From Hydrurus foetidus (lineage: Eukaryota): 64,000 bases of DNA. A program made the position numbers and the translations under genes. The stretch spans positions 1 through 64,000 of the forward strand of contig UYFQ01000294.1 in assembly GCA_900617105.1 (NCBI GenBank), read 5' to 3'. Under the pieces are notes generated by a model. The model saw only the letters and a program-made list of their open reading frames with translations. It was not told the origin of the DNA and searched no databases. Below, piece after piece: positions 1-11,726 of the stretch (position 1 is the first letter of the stretch; each line of letters opens with the position of its first letter).

Positions 1-1865
1 CTTGTTCAGAAGATAAAACTTCCGCTAATGAGGTAGTGTTTGATGAAGCATTGGCAGATATTTGATCGGGGAAACGTGAAAATAAATTCAATTCGCGAAT
101 TGTTTTTCGTCCCACTATTAGATCAAATTTCGAATCGTCTAAAACATAAGCCGTGATTTGAAAAGTATAATAATTATTTAAATCAGGGCAAAAATAAGAA
201 AGAGTTAAGTCTATAGTGTCAGAAATATCATAACAATGATTATCTAATCCACTACAAACTTTACACAATTTCTTTGAAGAGTTAGATACGAATTGTGTGA
301 AATTATGATTAATTATGATGCGGCGATGTATAAAGTTGCCAGCAAAAGAGCCGGTGTCCAGGAGAGTAAAGACTCTATTACTTTTTTCCAGCATAACCTC
401 CTGTGAGAGGGGAGATACGAAGAAAGGAATAAGTTCTGGATCATCGGAAAGAATAGATGATGAATTTAGGTTGCATAGTTGCTCACCTTTGTGTTTCTTC
501 GCAGCGTTTGTCGAGTCTGCTGTTGATGTAGCAGGTTTTGACGAAGAGGAAGAAGAAGAGGAAGACGATGAAGAAGAGGTCGATGTCTTAGGTAAAGTTG
601 GAATAAACTTAGCCTTTGAATCGACTTTCAACAACTGCTTATGACCCTCAGAGTTGATATAGGGTGCGTCTGTACTGTTATAGTACGGAGACGTAGTGTA
701 AAAACACGTGGCGACGAAATGGCCGAGTCTCCACAACCTGTGCACAGAGGTCTTTCGAATTTGTCAGACTTGTCTGATTGCACAGATTGTTCGCTCTCTC
801 GTGGACGTTTTTTGATTTTGTCATGAGAGGAACGGGGAGGAGCTTTGATTTGGCGAGAGTGATCACCATACAAAGGAGAGACATCAATGAACCGTAAGGC
901 ATCAATTGATTCTCGTAGCTTAGCAAGCTGCGCAAGCCATACGAATCGAAAGTCTTCGATTGTAATGAGTCTTGGCGTTGTATTGTTAAGACTACGCTGT
1001 AACACTGCTCTCCAATTGATAGGTTCGACAGGCAACTTATCGATTAGAATTTTGGTTGCCTGAAGTTGGAGAGCGGGTGTTGCATCAGGGAATCCATCAA
1101 CAATATCAGCTAAAAGCTGATCTGTCTTGTCTTCCACTGATTTATCCTTCAGGTCGAATTGAAGTGGGACCTGAGAAACTTTTTCAATGAAACTCAGCTT
1201 GTCTGTTCGATTGACAGCTGATGTAGGAACTCAGAGATTGAGTTCTCTACAGCAGGAATTGATTGGACCAATGGCTCCAATTCCTACAGAGTCTCGACGA
1301 TCGGGATCAGTTGCAAACTTACGCTTGATGCGTTGTAAACGATTGATGGTTGCCCACATGGATTACATCAACTGGTTTAAATGGAGTTCCATTTGAAAGG
1401 AGGACCTCCATTACCTGTAGTACTTCCTCTCGAGACGGACGGCGCTCAACTTAGGAGCTCTCTCACCCGTTTGCACATGGTGCTGAGGTGGTGCCATCGA
1501 ACGAGGAATCTCAGCCGAAGCTGGTGTCGCAGACGAATTCTCTCAGTCGCAGCCGAAGCTCTCAGCCAAGCTGGTGTCGCAGTCGAAACTGGTGATAACG
1601 TTAGAGCGGATAAAGCAGATGAAACAGGAGCATCAATAACAGACTGATGCGCAGGCTCCGAATTCCGCTGAGGAATCGGTGCAGACAGGTCGCCGGCGGG
1701 GTCCTGAGCCGCAGGTGGCCCAGGAGACTCGATGCTATCTCCTCCACGATTGTGGTGCTCCTCGTAACGTTGTCGGAGGGCGACGGCGACAGCTCTAGGA
1801 GGCTGTCGTTGTCGGCGAAGGGAATTGATGGTGCTAATCCTCTTGTCCTGGCGTCGGAGAGCCAT
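1..1865 (-). pseudogene. gag-protease polyprotein, frameshifted, continuing past position 1
   Basis: Restoring 1 nt near 731 gives CTGCGRLGHFVATC (CX2CX4HX4C). The same frame then reads TLLDTGSFAGNFI (~330-370) and FDLIVGRKTI (~100-130), the two aspartic-protease motifs. This frame is absent from the ORF track because it has no stop inside the window. Confidence 0.8.
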
Positions 1866-2423
1866 TGTCTTCGACTGTCGGAATTACGTGATGGATTAAA
1901 AATTGATGGAGCGGAGAAACGAACTTCTCTCGACGAAAAAACTTTGGTATCGACCAAATATCGATATTGTGGTCTTGGGCGGGGCCTAGGACGTTGGAGC
2001 TAAAAGTGGTGGTCGGTTGATGCAAGCGGTGGGCAAGGGCAGAAAGGATAGGTGGAGTAAACTTGTGTTAGTATTTTACAGTTGAGTATCTACAAGTGAT
2101 GTGTACGCTAAAGTGCATTCACGTCATATGTGGAACTAAGACCTAAAAGTGGAATCTGGGCGTAATATACCTATTGTACCTAGTTAACCTAGACACATTG
2201 TATCCCCTTAGGAATGCAATAAGGCTACACCCCTGTGCTTAAATAGAATTAATTAGCTGAAATACACGGAAATGGTTCAAAATCCGTATTCAAATAACCG
2301 TCGACGAATTTCCTTATACGGTACTTTAACGGGATCCGGCGAAATTTTCTCGTTTCCGGTAAAATATTTTACCGGAAACGATTAGATACGGCCACACCTT
2401 GGTGCACTGTAAGCTGCTGAACA
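1..2423 (-). mobile_element. 5' part of an LTR retrotransposon (Ty3/Gypsy-like), truncated by the window edge
   Basis: The minus strand carries gag with a CCHC zinc knuckle followed by a retropepsin. A candidate LTR spans ~2066-2423 (TGTT...AACA ends), but the second LTR is outside the window, so the boundary is tentative. RT/IN order is not visible; the Gypsy call rests on the protease style. Confidence 0.75.
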
Positions 2424-2830
2424 TGAGGCATGGGGCATTGACAAGGATCAAAATTGTTTATCAACTATTGAGTAAAAAATTCAAATTGTTATTGCTGTGA
2501 GAAACCATCCGAATCTGACGTCAAATACTTAAAAGTGTTCTATGATAATGCATCTAGCGATGATATATTTATGATTGATTCATCATGGTATCAACATTCT
2601 CTCTTTAAGTAATAAGTAATATCTTAACATGATCATCAATATTGCTAAAACGCTCTCGCCGCTTCATCCCGAATTGTCATTAATGACTTATATGGGCCCT
2701 ATGAACCCTATATACACGATAACATAAGGCGTATACGGAATACAGATATTGCAAGTACAGAATACAGATTTTGATACTTAAATCCGTATTCCCAGGGAAT
2801 TTAGTGTGCTCTTAATGGAACAATAGGTAA

Positions 2831-3332
2831 GGCCGGTCCTTACGGTGTCGGATTTCAGGGAAAGTTAGAATCGGATTTCGGTTTTTGAAATCCAATTCTG
2901 ACTTTTTCGATTTCCGACGCGGAGATTAGAGTGGTTGCGATTTTCGTTATTTGACTTTTTTACTTTTTGAATATTCAACTTTTCAAATGCCCTCCCGAAG
3001 TGGTTGCGAAGGGAAAATTCAACCCTCAGGGAAAATAAAAATGAGATCAGTGATTTTCACAGAATGAAAAAAGTCGAATTTCACATTTTGACGGATTCGA
3101 CTTTTTTTTATTTTGAGTGGGGGATTCAAAAATATTTGAATATTTTTTCGGGTTTTTTTTGAATATTTGAAAAAAAAGGTCAAATAACGAAAATCGCAAC
3201 CACTCTATTGTCGGAAATTCAGCCTATTTTTCGACAATCTCCGCGTCGGAAATCGAAAAAGTCAGAATTGGATTTCAAAAACCGAAATCCGATTCTAACT
3301 TTCCCTGAAATCCGACACCGTAAGGACCGGCC
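2831..3332. mobile_element. Tourist/Harbinger-like MITE (outer element of a nested pair)
   Basis: ~100-bp near-perfect terminal inverted repeats (GGCCGGTCCTTACGGTGTCGGATTTC... / ...GAAATCCGACACCGTAAGGACCGGCC) flanked by TAA at 2828-2830 and 3333-3335. Confidence 0.9.
2928..3206. mobile_element. MITE inserted inside the outer MITE
   Basis: TIRs AGAGTGGTTGCGATTTTCGTTATTTGAC / GTCAAATAACGAAAATCGCAACCACTCT with ATT duplicated at 2925-2927 and 3207-3209. Removing the insert restores the outer TIR (GGAGATTGTCG pairs with CGACAATCTCC). Confidence 0.9.
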
Positions 3333-3361
3333 TAAACCACTCTAGTGTAAATTCAATCTCT

Positions 3362-3424
3362 GTGTTACGATCGAGAGAGAGTGTTTACGATCGAGAGAGA
3401 GTGTTTACGATCGAGAGAGAGTGT
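3362..3424. repeat. 20-bp tandem repeat, 3 copies (GTTTACGATCGAGAGAGAGT)
   Basis: Direct inspection; the copies abut with no spacers. Confidence 0.9.
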
Positions 3425-4193
3425 AGTAGGAACCTTGGCATTGGACATGTATACGTGAGGTATCTGTTCCGTGTTTGTCACGGCAAGTGTGCAGTTTGTC
3501 TTGTGCGATGTGCGCGTGGTATTTGAACTTCAATAATAAGAGTGGGGTGCAGAGAATAGCTGATCGGCTGTGTAGTATTTCATCGGGGGAAATGTCGTTC
3601 CTGAAAAAGAAGTAATTAATGAAATTCGGTATACTGCACTTTCTGAATTATTCGTTATGTGACTAAAAACGGCGATATGTGATTTCACGTGATTCGAATC
3701 GACGACTTCTTGCTTCTTCACCATGAATAGATCAGTTACCGGAAAAGTAGGGGTTTTGCCAAGTGAAGAGGGTTAGAACTGGCCTGAAAGGCTGTAGCGA
3801 CTTCTTTTGTGCTGAGTCTAGCTTGAGATGAAATACATTACGATAGTGACCGGGGACACTACGCAACATGCAAAATCGGTTTGATTTTATCTATACACTG
3901 CTGCTGGGTGATGTTAGTCATTGTGCAATTATATGATTCTGGTAGCAGAATTTGTGCACGTTTGACCTACTGCTGAACTCGAAACAAATACTACTATAAA
4001 TGAAAAGGATGAAAGACGAGACGTGTCTCGGAATTTGTTCCACCGTAATTCATACGGTGGAACATATGTGAAGGTGGTAACGTCGTGGTGTGACTCGTTT
4101 GGATATGAGTGCTTGAAGGCAGACATCTCTTGCGAGGCGGTATTAAGTCGAGGGATTGCGAAAGTGGACTTGGAATTGTAGTGTTGAAACCCT

Positions 4194-6760
4194 TTATCTA
4201 TTACCAGACTTATCCTTGCCCTTGGGTGCTTTACTGGCTTTGTAGGTAGAATTTGAAGGTTTTACCTTTGGTGCCTTAGTTTTCTCGGTTTTGGGACGTT
4301 TTGAGGGAGAAGATTGGGGCATGCAGTTCGTTGGTTTAATAGTCGGTGTGGGGCAGACGTGTACCGTAGGGGTTGTCGTAGGAACACTAGTCGGTGATGA
4401 TGATGGGTTGAACGAGGGGAGTGGTGTTGGAGAGAAAGTTGGTTTTTCAGTGGGATGTTCAGTGGGTAGGCCGGTAGGCTGCACAGAGTCGGGAATTATT
4501 GCTGGGGCGAAAGTGACTTCAGTAACAATAGGTGATTTAGTGGGTGTTGGCCCCGCTGTTGGTGATGGTGTTGGCACGGCTGTTGGCTGGTATGTTGGTG
4601 ATGGTGTTGGCTCCGCTGTTGGCACGGCTGTTGGCTGATGCGTTGGTGATGGTGTAGGCTCCGCTGTTGGCACGGCTGTTGGCTGGTACGTTGGTGATGG
4701 TGTTGGCTCCGCTGTTGGCACGGCTGTTGGCTGGTACGTTGGTGAGGGCGTTGGCTCCGCTGTTGGCTGGTACGTTGGTGAGGGTGTTGGCTCCGCTGTT
4801 GGCACGGCTGTTGGCTGGAAGGTTGGTGATGGTGTTGGCTCCGCTGTTGGCTGGTACGTTGGTGATGGTGTTGGCACGGCTGTTGGCACGGCTGTTGGCT
4901 GGTACGTTGGTGAAGGTGTTGGCTCCGCTGTTGGCACGGCTGTTGGCTGGTACGTTGGTGATGGTGTTGGCTCCGCTGTTGGCACGGCTGTTGGCTGGAA
5001 GGTTGGTGAGGGCGTCGGCTCCGCTGTTGGCACGGCTGTTGGCTGGAAGGTTGGTGATGGTGTTGGCTCCGCTGTTGGCTGGTGCGTTGGTGATGGTGTT
5101 GGCTCCGCTGTTGGCACGGCTGTTGGCTGGAAGGTTGGTGATGGTGTTGGCTCCGCTGTTGGCTGTTGGCTGTTGGTGAAGGTGTTGGCTCGGCTGTTGG
5201 CACGGCTGTTGGCTGGTACGTTGGTGATGGTGTTGGCTCCGCTGTTGGCACGGCTGTTGGCTGGTGCGTTGGTGATGGTGTTGGCTCCGCTGTTGGCACG
5301 GCTGTTGGCTGGTGCGTTGGTGATGGTGTTGGCTCCGCTGTTGGCACGGCTGTTGGCTGGTACGTTGGTGAAGGTGTTGGCTCCGCTGTTGGCTGGTGCG
5401 TTGGTGATGGTGTTGGCTCCGCTGTTGGCACGGCTGTTGGCTGGAAGGTTGGTGATGGTGTTGGCTCCGCTGTTGGCACGGCTGTTGGCTGGAAGGTTGG
5501 GGATGGTGTTGGCTCCGCTGTTGGCACGGCTGTTGGCTGGTACGTTGGTGATGGTGTTGGCTCCGCTGTTGGCACGGCTGTTGGCTGGTACGTTGGTGAT
5601 GGTGTTGGCTCCGCTGTTGGCACGGCTGTTGGCTGGTTGGTTGGTGTTGGCTGGTGTTGGCTGCTGTTGGCACAGCTGTTGGCTGAAGCGTTGGTGAAGT
5701 GTTGGCTCCGCTGTTGGCACGGCTGTTGGCTGGAAGGTTGGTGATGGTGTTGGCTCCGCTGTTGGCACGGCTGTTGGCTGGAAGGTTGGTGATGGTGTTG
5801 GCTCCGCTGTTGGCACGGCTGTTGGCTGGTGCGTTGGTGAAGGTGTTGGCTCCGCTGTTGGCACGGCTGTTGGCTGGAAGGTTGGTGAGGGTGTTGGCTG
5901 GCTGTTGGTGGGTGTTGGCTGGCTGTTGGCTGGTACGTTGGTGAGGGTGTTGGCTCCGCTGTTGGCTGGTATGTTGGTGAGGGTGTTGGCTCCGCTGTTG
6001 GCACGGCTGTTGGCTGGTATGTTGGTGATGGTGTTGGCTCCGCTGTTGGCACGGCTGTTGGTTGGTACGTTGGTGATGGTGTTGGCTCCGCTGTTGGCTG
6101 GTACGTTGGTGAAGGTGTTGGCTCCGCTGTTGGCACGGCTGTTGGCTGGTATGTTGGTGATGGTGTTGGCTCCGCTGTTGGTTTTTCGGTTGGTCCATGA
6201 GGTGTTGGCACGGCTGTTGGTTCTTCGGTTGGTCCATGAGGCGTTGGCTCCGCTGATGGCTTTACGGAGAAAGGTGTGGGTGTGATCTTGTTCGGGAATG
6301 GTGGAGAAGAATCGACACTTGGCGATTCTGTTGGCTGGGAGGTTGGCGAGTGTGTCACGACTGGACAGACTGGCATTCCCGTAGGGGGCTTGGGCGTCTT
6401 TGGAGCTTTTGATGGTTTCGCGGTTGTTGGATTTCGGGTAGGAGGAATTTTTTTGGTAGGAACGAATGTGGGGCGTTTGCTGACTGGACTGGGTGTCGGT
6501 TTTTTGCTCTTCGGTCTCTTTGTTGGTTCAGGTGTGCATTCATGGGCTGAAGGAGCTTCCGTTGGACAAGAATCAGAAGAAGCTGGGATCGAAGGAACCG
6601 AAGTTGTCGGAAGAGTCGTAGGTTGTTCAGTTCCTATATTATTTATTGGCATATTTGTAATGGTGAGCTCGACTCTAGGAACGTGGGGATTGGCTCCATT
6701 TGTTTTGATAGCTGCTACTCCTGCAAGGGAAAGAAACCAGAGGAGGGACGTGTGCTTCAT
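4194..6760 (-). CDS. Secreted Pro/Thr-rich (PT-repeat, mucin-like) protein with Lys-rich flanks; apparent frameshifts inside the repeat array
   Basis: Signal peptide [17 protein letters not shown] from ATG 6760. Dozens of PTA(VPTA)EPTPSPT[YFH]Q units switch frame near 5900, 5640-5700 and 5165. The C-terminus ends ...[15 protein letters not shown] at the stop at 4194. Confidence 0.85.
4545..6250. repeat. Coding minisatellite of mixed 36- and 48-bp units
   Basis: Repeated GTTGGCTCCGCTGTTGGCACGGCTGTTGGCTGG...GTTGGTGATGGT units. Confidence 0.95.
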
Positions 6761-7213
6761 GGTACTGGACTGTAGCTGAGACGTCGATTTGTGACTTGTG
6801 GGTGGCTTTCGGAGTTGAATTGTGCATAGTGAAATCATCTATCAGTCAAGATTTGGAAGCAAAATTTTCAGAGAAGGAAATCCAGATTCCCGCCGAGTTT
6901 CCCTGGGGAATGACGAATGACGATGAAAATTAGGGCTGGTGGCCGGGCCGTGAAATCACGGCCAGACTGTGATCATGGCCGTGGCCGTCGGACTGGCCGT
7001 GGGGGGCGACGGCCACGGCCACCACGGCCACCACGGCCACCACGGCCAATACGGCCACCACGGCCACCACGGCCACCACGGCCATCATGGCCACCATGAC
7101 CACCATGACCACCACGGCCACAGAAGCCTTACACGTCACCATTGAGTACATCATGTACACGTGTACACTGTACACAGTTCAATTCAACGTTTTTTGGAAA
7201 AAAGTCAACCAAC

Positions 7214-7297
7214 CAACTCAACTCAACTCAACTCAACTCAACTCAACTCAACTCAACTCAACTCAACTCAACTCAACTCAACTTCAGTCAACTCAAC
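7214..7297. repeat. (AACTC)n microsatellite upstream of the transposase start
   Basis: Direct inspection. Confidence 0.95.
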
Positions 7298-7363
7298 TTT
7301 CTTCCATCTTAAAAGTCAAGTCTAACATCTGGCCTACAATAATTTTAGAAAGCTCAACGTGAA

Positions 7364-9903
7364 ATGCAAGATCAATCGACTCGATCTTTCGCTTGTGAAA
7401 GAAAGGGCTGCGTGAGTAACTTCGAAGATAAATGCGACGAATGCAACCTTGTATATTGCTTCGAACACATTCCAGACCACGACTGCGGATGTGATCCAGC
7501 AGGTTCCTCGTCGTCAACGTTCGTAAGGCCAGTACCTCGCTGCAGTCCTGCTTTACACTCGTCTTCCGCGACCTCGAATTTGTTTTCGACACCATTACAA
7601 GTTATTGAAAGAGAATCAGATGCTGTAGCGAAGCGTCGTAAGCTTGTTCAACCGACGATAGACGTCGCTGAAATACGGTTGAAATGGGGTCCAGAGGAAG
7701 AAATCAAGGAAGCCAAACATTTCAAACTGGAAGTGTACGATGGTAAAAGCTGGTTGTGGGATCATTTCAAACGATTGACGAAGAGAGACGCAAAGAATTC
7801 AGATCAGTCTTACGAAGCAGCATGTAACATCTGTTACGATGAATCAAAAACTAAAAGCGACATCAAGTGGACGGTATTCTACAATAAATCGACAACTAAA
7901 CTCTCCCGCCACTTGGAACTGTGCCACAAGTCCATTTGCGTTGATCGATCAAAGGAATCTGCGAAGACACTACTATCAAGCGGTGGAAAGACAATGACGG
8001 CATTCTTGTGCAGCGGTGCGCATGACGACCACCTGTACCGGGTTCTCAAGATGTGCATTAAGATGTGCCTTCCCATATCGATGTGCGAAAACGAGGCATT
8101 CATAAGTAAGTTACAATTCCCGAATCATTATGTCAATCGGTATCAGCTAAATGCTTGTTATTTCTTCGATGATCAGACGTCATGGAAGGATTAAAGAAGA
8201 ACTATAAATCGCTCGACAGACACACCGTCACCAGCAAGCTCAGACACGTTGAGAACTTGGTGATAGAAATTCTCAAAGTGATGATAGGTGATAACAAATT
8301 CGCTATCACATCTGATCATTGGACTTCTGTAGCTCGGACTACGTTTCTGGCAGTCACCTGCCACTTTATCAACAGTGATTGGGAGAATGTGTCTTTGACA
8401 CTAAGCTGCAGCGAACATAAAGGTCGGACAACAGCGCCACAGTGCAAGACTGAAATAGAAAACGCCCTCAAAAAGTACGATTTGAAACTGTCGAATGCGG
8501 TAGCACTCGTTACAGATACCGAAAACACTATGACAGCTCTAGGAAAAATTATCGAAGGGGATCACCACTACTGCGCTGCGCATGTCTTGGAATTGACGAC
8601 GGTTTGATTTCATAAGTGCACTTGATCTGATTCTTACCTGTACAGTATGCTATAGTTACTAACAGTTGATTTGCTATGTGCAGGGAGAGGGATTCGAGGG
8701 GTTTAGTGACGCCTGCAAAAGAGCAAGACATTTAATTGGAACATTTTCCTCCTCAAACCAGCTGTCTGAAAATCTGCGCAAGGTTCAGCTGAATAACGAC
8801 GTCCGTAGACCGTTAAAGTTTATTCAAGATGTTGTTACAAGATGGTGGTCAACATACTGTATGATCGAGAGATTCCTAGACTTGCTTCCCTACGTGGACA
8901 TGCTTCACCTGAGAGGTGCTGTCTCAGAGGGCGAAATGTTGTCGGCATCGGACATAATCGATCTAAGAGTATTGAAGAAAGTTCTTAAACCTTTTATGAT
9001 TGCACAAAAAGTTCTTGAGGGACAGAAGTATGTTACGAACAGTTTGCTACCGTACATCATCCACACAGTTCGAGAGGAAATCAAGGAATCTATCGCCAGT
9101 AGTGAGGGTCAATCAACGAGTGATTTTATGGAGAAGTTGCTATCACATCGTACAAAAGGTTTCAACACTTACTGGGGAAGCGGTGCGCCGGGCACCGTGT
9201 TTCTCGAGAATGAAACGTTGGGTTACATATCAAGACAGAAGGGACTGCCGAAGAAGACCCTCATGGCATCCTTCCTTGATCCTAGAACGAAAGATCTATC
9301 GACCATGGATCCCGAAGACTCTAGACCTTTACTTGAGTACATAAGAAACGAAATGTTGAAGGATGAGAAGGAGCTACAGCCTATGGCGCACGTTATTGTC
9401 CCTGCTGTCGCGGCACCTGAAGTTGTTCAAGCCTCTGAAGACACCGAGCAGAATAACAAATTGACATTTTCAACAATCTACGGAGGCCCAGACCTCAGAT
9501 CATCCATGCTGTGCCAGTGGCTGTTGACCAAAGAATGCTAGAAAGAATCGATCAGGAGATCAACAACTACCAATTGAACTTCCCATCCATACCCATACAG
9601 GAGTGTGACGACGTGAAGAATTGGACCTACACAAATCCTTTGAGTTGGTGGAAGACACACGAAAGAGATCTCCCGATTCTCAGCCGTCTTGCCCGTCGAA
9701 CCTTGTGCATACCAGCGACCTCAGCACCTTCGGAGCGAGTCTTCTCTATGGCTGGATTGACAGTCTCCAACCTTCGGGCTTCACTATCATCAGATAACGC
9801 ATCTTCACTGATCTTCCTCCATGATGTCTGGGACATAGCAGAGGACTTTCAAAGCAAGAGGGCTCAATTGCACGGTGGGCATCACGGACAATTTGTATTT
9901 TAA
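7364..9903 (+). CDS. hAT transposase (exons ~7364-8105, 8177-8601, 8684-9903; one frameshift near 9460)
   Basis: BED finger (WDHF...CNIC...RHLELCH), ITSDHWTS (D1), VTDTENTM (D2), CAAH, TRWWST, FLDPR, NPLSWWK...LCIPATSAPSERVFS (E, dimerisation domain). The GT-AG introns keep frame. Confidence 0.93.
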
Positions 9904-10113
9904 TTTCGATGTTACAAAGATGTAGCTGGATAGAGTGCACATTCCATGTTGATGAGAGCATCGTAGCAATCATTATTTTATAATCACCGTGATTTAAGTT
10001 TGATGTGATTTTTTAAAAAAAACATTTTTATTTTTATGAGTCTTTTCTTAGTATGGCCAGTTCTCAAATCCAACTCAATACTCAGTCGCCATTTTCTGCA
10101 TGAGTTGTAGCGC

Positions 10114-10497
10114 TAGGGAGGACAGACAGTTTCCATTTGCATATTTTGCGATGAGATTCGCAGCGTTAAGTTCATTGCTGGCTAAGGAAACATCATAGAA
10201 CATCTTGGATATGTCCGATGATAAGTGATAACACCTCGCAACAATCAGCACAGGCTCGGATTCCAGAAGAATATTAGGTCATGCAGGGACGACGAAGAGT
10301 TTCCAATATTATAATTTGCGATGAGATTCACAGTGCCAAATTGTTTTGCTGACAACAGATAAAGTATATCTTGATTATGTCCGATGATCAGCTCTCGAAA
10401 TAGTCAGCACAGGCTCGGATTCCAGAAGAAGATTAGGTCATGCAGGGAGGACTAAGAGTTTCCAGTATTATAGTTTGCGATGAGATTCACAGTGTCA
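10114..10497. repeat. ~165-170-bp diverged tandem repeat (2 full copies and 1 partial) within the hAT 3' region
   Basis: TATGTCCGATGAT...CAGCACAGGCTCGGATTCCAGAAGA...TTTGCGATGAGATTCACAGTG recurs at ~10210-10337 and ~10376-10495, with a partial copy at ~10114-10165. Confidence 0.85.
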
Positions 10498-11726
10498 GGT
10501 TGATTTTCATCGTCTAGAATGTCCTGTTGCGGCGAGAAAATATTTGCCGAGAAATTCGTCTGCGGTCCGAATGGTTGATGTTTTAGGAAAGCTGCTCGAG
10601 GACATTCCGATGACGCCAACCTTGGGAAATGTTTAGATGTAGGCTATGAGCTCTGTTCATGTCTGATACCTGCATGCGGGCTACTGAATGTAATGATCCT
10701 CTACGACGGCAACCAGCTTTGACGATTCTCTTGGAAAAATCGATGGTTGCGTCGATGTTCACCGAACAAAAAATGCTGGAGGTTGAAGTAGTGGCCCTCT
10801 ACATCTTCCTCACTGACGTCACCGGGAAGTTTGTTCTCTATCGGCCGCTTGTTGCTCTAACGATGTTTGGGTATATTGATATTCGCTGGCTGTCAATCAA
10901 CTCCAGTCGATTCAACTTCCGATTCCGAATGTGGGCATGAAAAGTGTCAACGTCATCTTTTTAACGGTTTTGACTACCCCTGGCCGTGGCCGTGGCCGTG
11001 ATCATGGCCGTGGCCGTGGCCGTGGCCGTGGCCAGTGGCCGTAGACTGTCGATTTCAAATGGGTTCTGGCCGTCAGACTGGCCGTGACGATTTTCAGCGA
11101 CGGCCACCAGCCCTAATGAAAATGGGAAGTGACGACGAGGCACAGCGGGTCCCATGTCCCATATTTGGTCCCATGTACACGTAAATACCATTTTTGAGTA
11201 CGTATGTGTAGATCTCATCAAGGTAAGGGGAAGTAGCTTGTTTTCACTTTCTACTTTCTACAGTTGAGTTGAAATTTTCATTTTGAAGGAACCTGAGAAC
11301 TTAGAACCACATTCAGATCCAAACTCCAAACTCCAATCCTCAACCCTCAAGTAGTCACCACTTGACTTCAGTTTTATTTTTTATGTCCAAGCCTTTGGAT
11401 GCATTACATTAAGACTCTCGACCAAGTGTTTCTTGTCACATATGCTGCTTTAATCTTACCCGCGAACTTCCCTGACAGACACGCTCCCTTTAATATCATC
11501 GATGTAATAGTGGCATTTCAAATCCGTCTCCAAAATCCTTACTATTCACATGAGCTGCGATTCCTCATTTGGAGAGCGTAGCCTATGCTCAAACCATGGT
11601 TATTACTGCGAATCTCCACCTCTAGGCTGTATTTGCGACCATGACTGGACAGGCAAGTCTCACAGTATGACTGCATGCCTGTCTATAGATGCAATCTCTG
11701 TAACTCATGATCTCTCATGATTTCAA

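Larger units (their letters stand above)
6931..11115 (+). mobile_element. hAT DNA transposon, full length (4185 bp)
   Basis: Perfect 15-bp TIRs TAGGGCTGGTGGCCG / CGGCCACCAGCCCTA; perfect 8-bp TSD ATGAAAAT at 6923-6930 and 11116-11123; subterminal CACGGC/GCCGTG repeat arrays at both ends; transposase inside. Confidence 0.97.

Noticed and set aside
315..644. Plus-strand ORF with poly-Glu
   Set aside because: Antisense shadow of the Ser-rich gag-protease linker.
3362..3424. Short direct repeats as a possible CRISPR array
   Set aside because: The units are contiguous with no spacers, the context is eukaryotic, and no cas genes are present.
4291..6779. Plus-strand and alternative-frame ORFs over the PT array (LARLLAG, QQRSQHH and ANSRANSG repeats)
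   Set aside because: Shadow frames of a stop-poor minisatellite; only the PT frame has a signal peptide and unique termini.
6917..7175. Arg/Pro- and Val/Ala-repeat ORFs
   Set aside because: Translations of the hAT subterminal (CCACGGCCA)n repeats.
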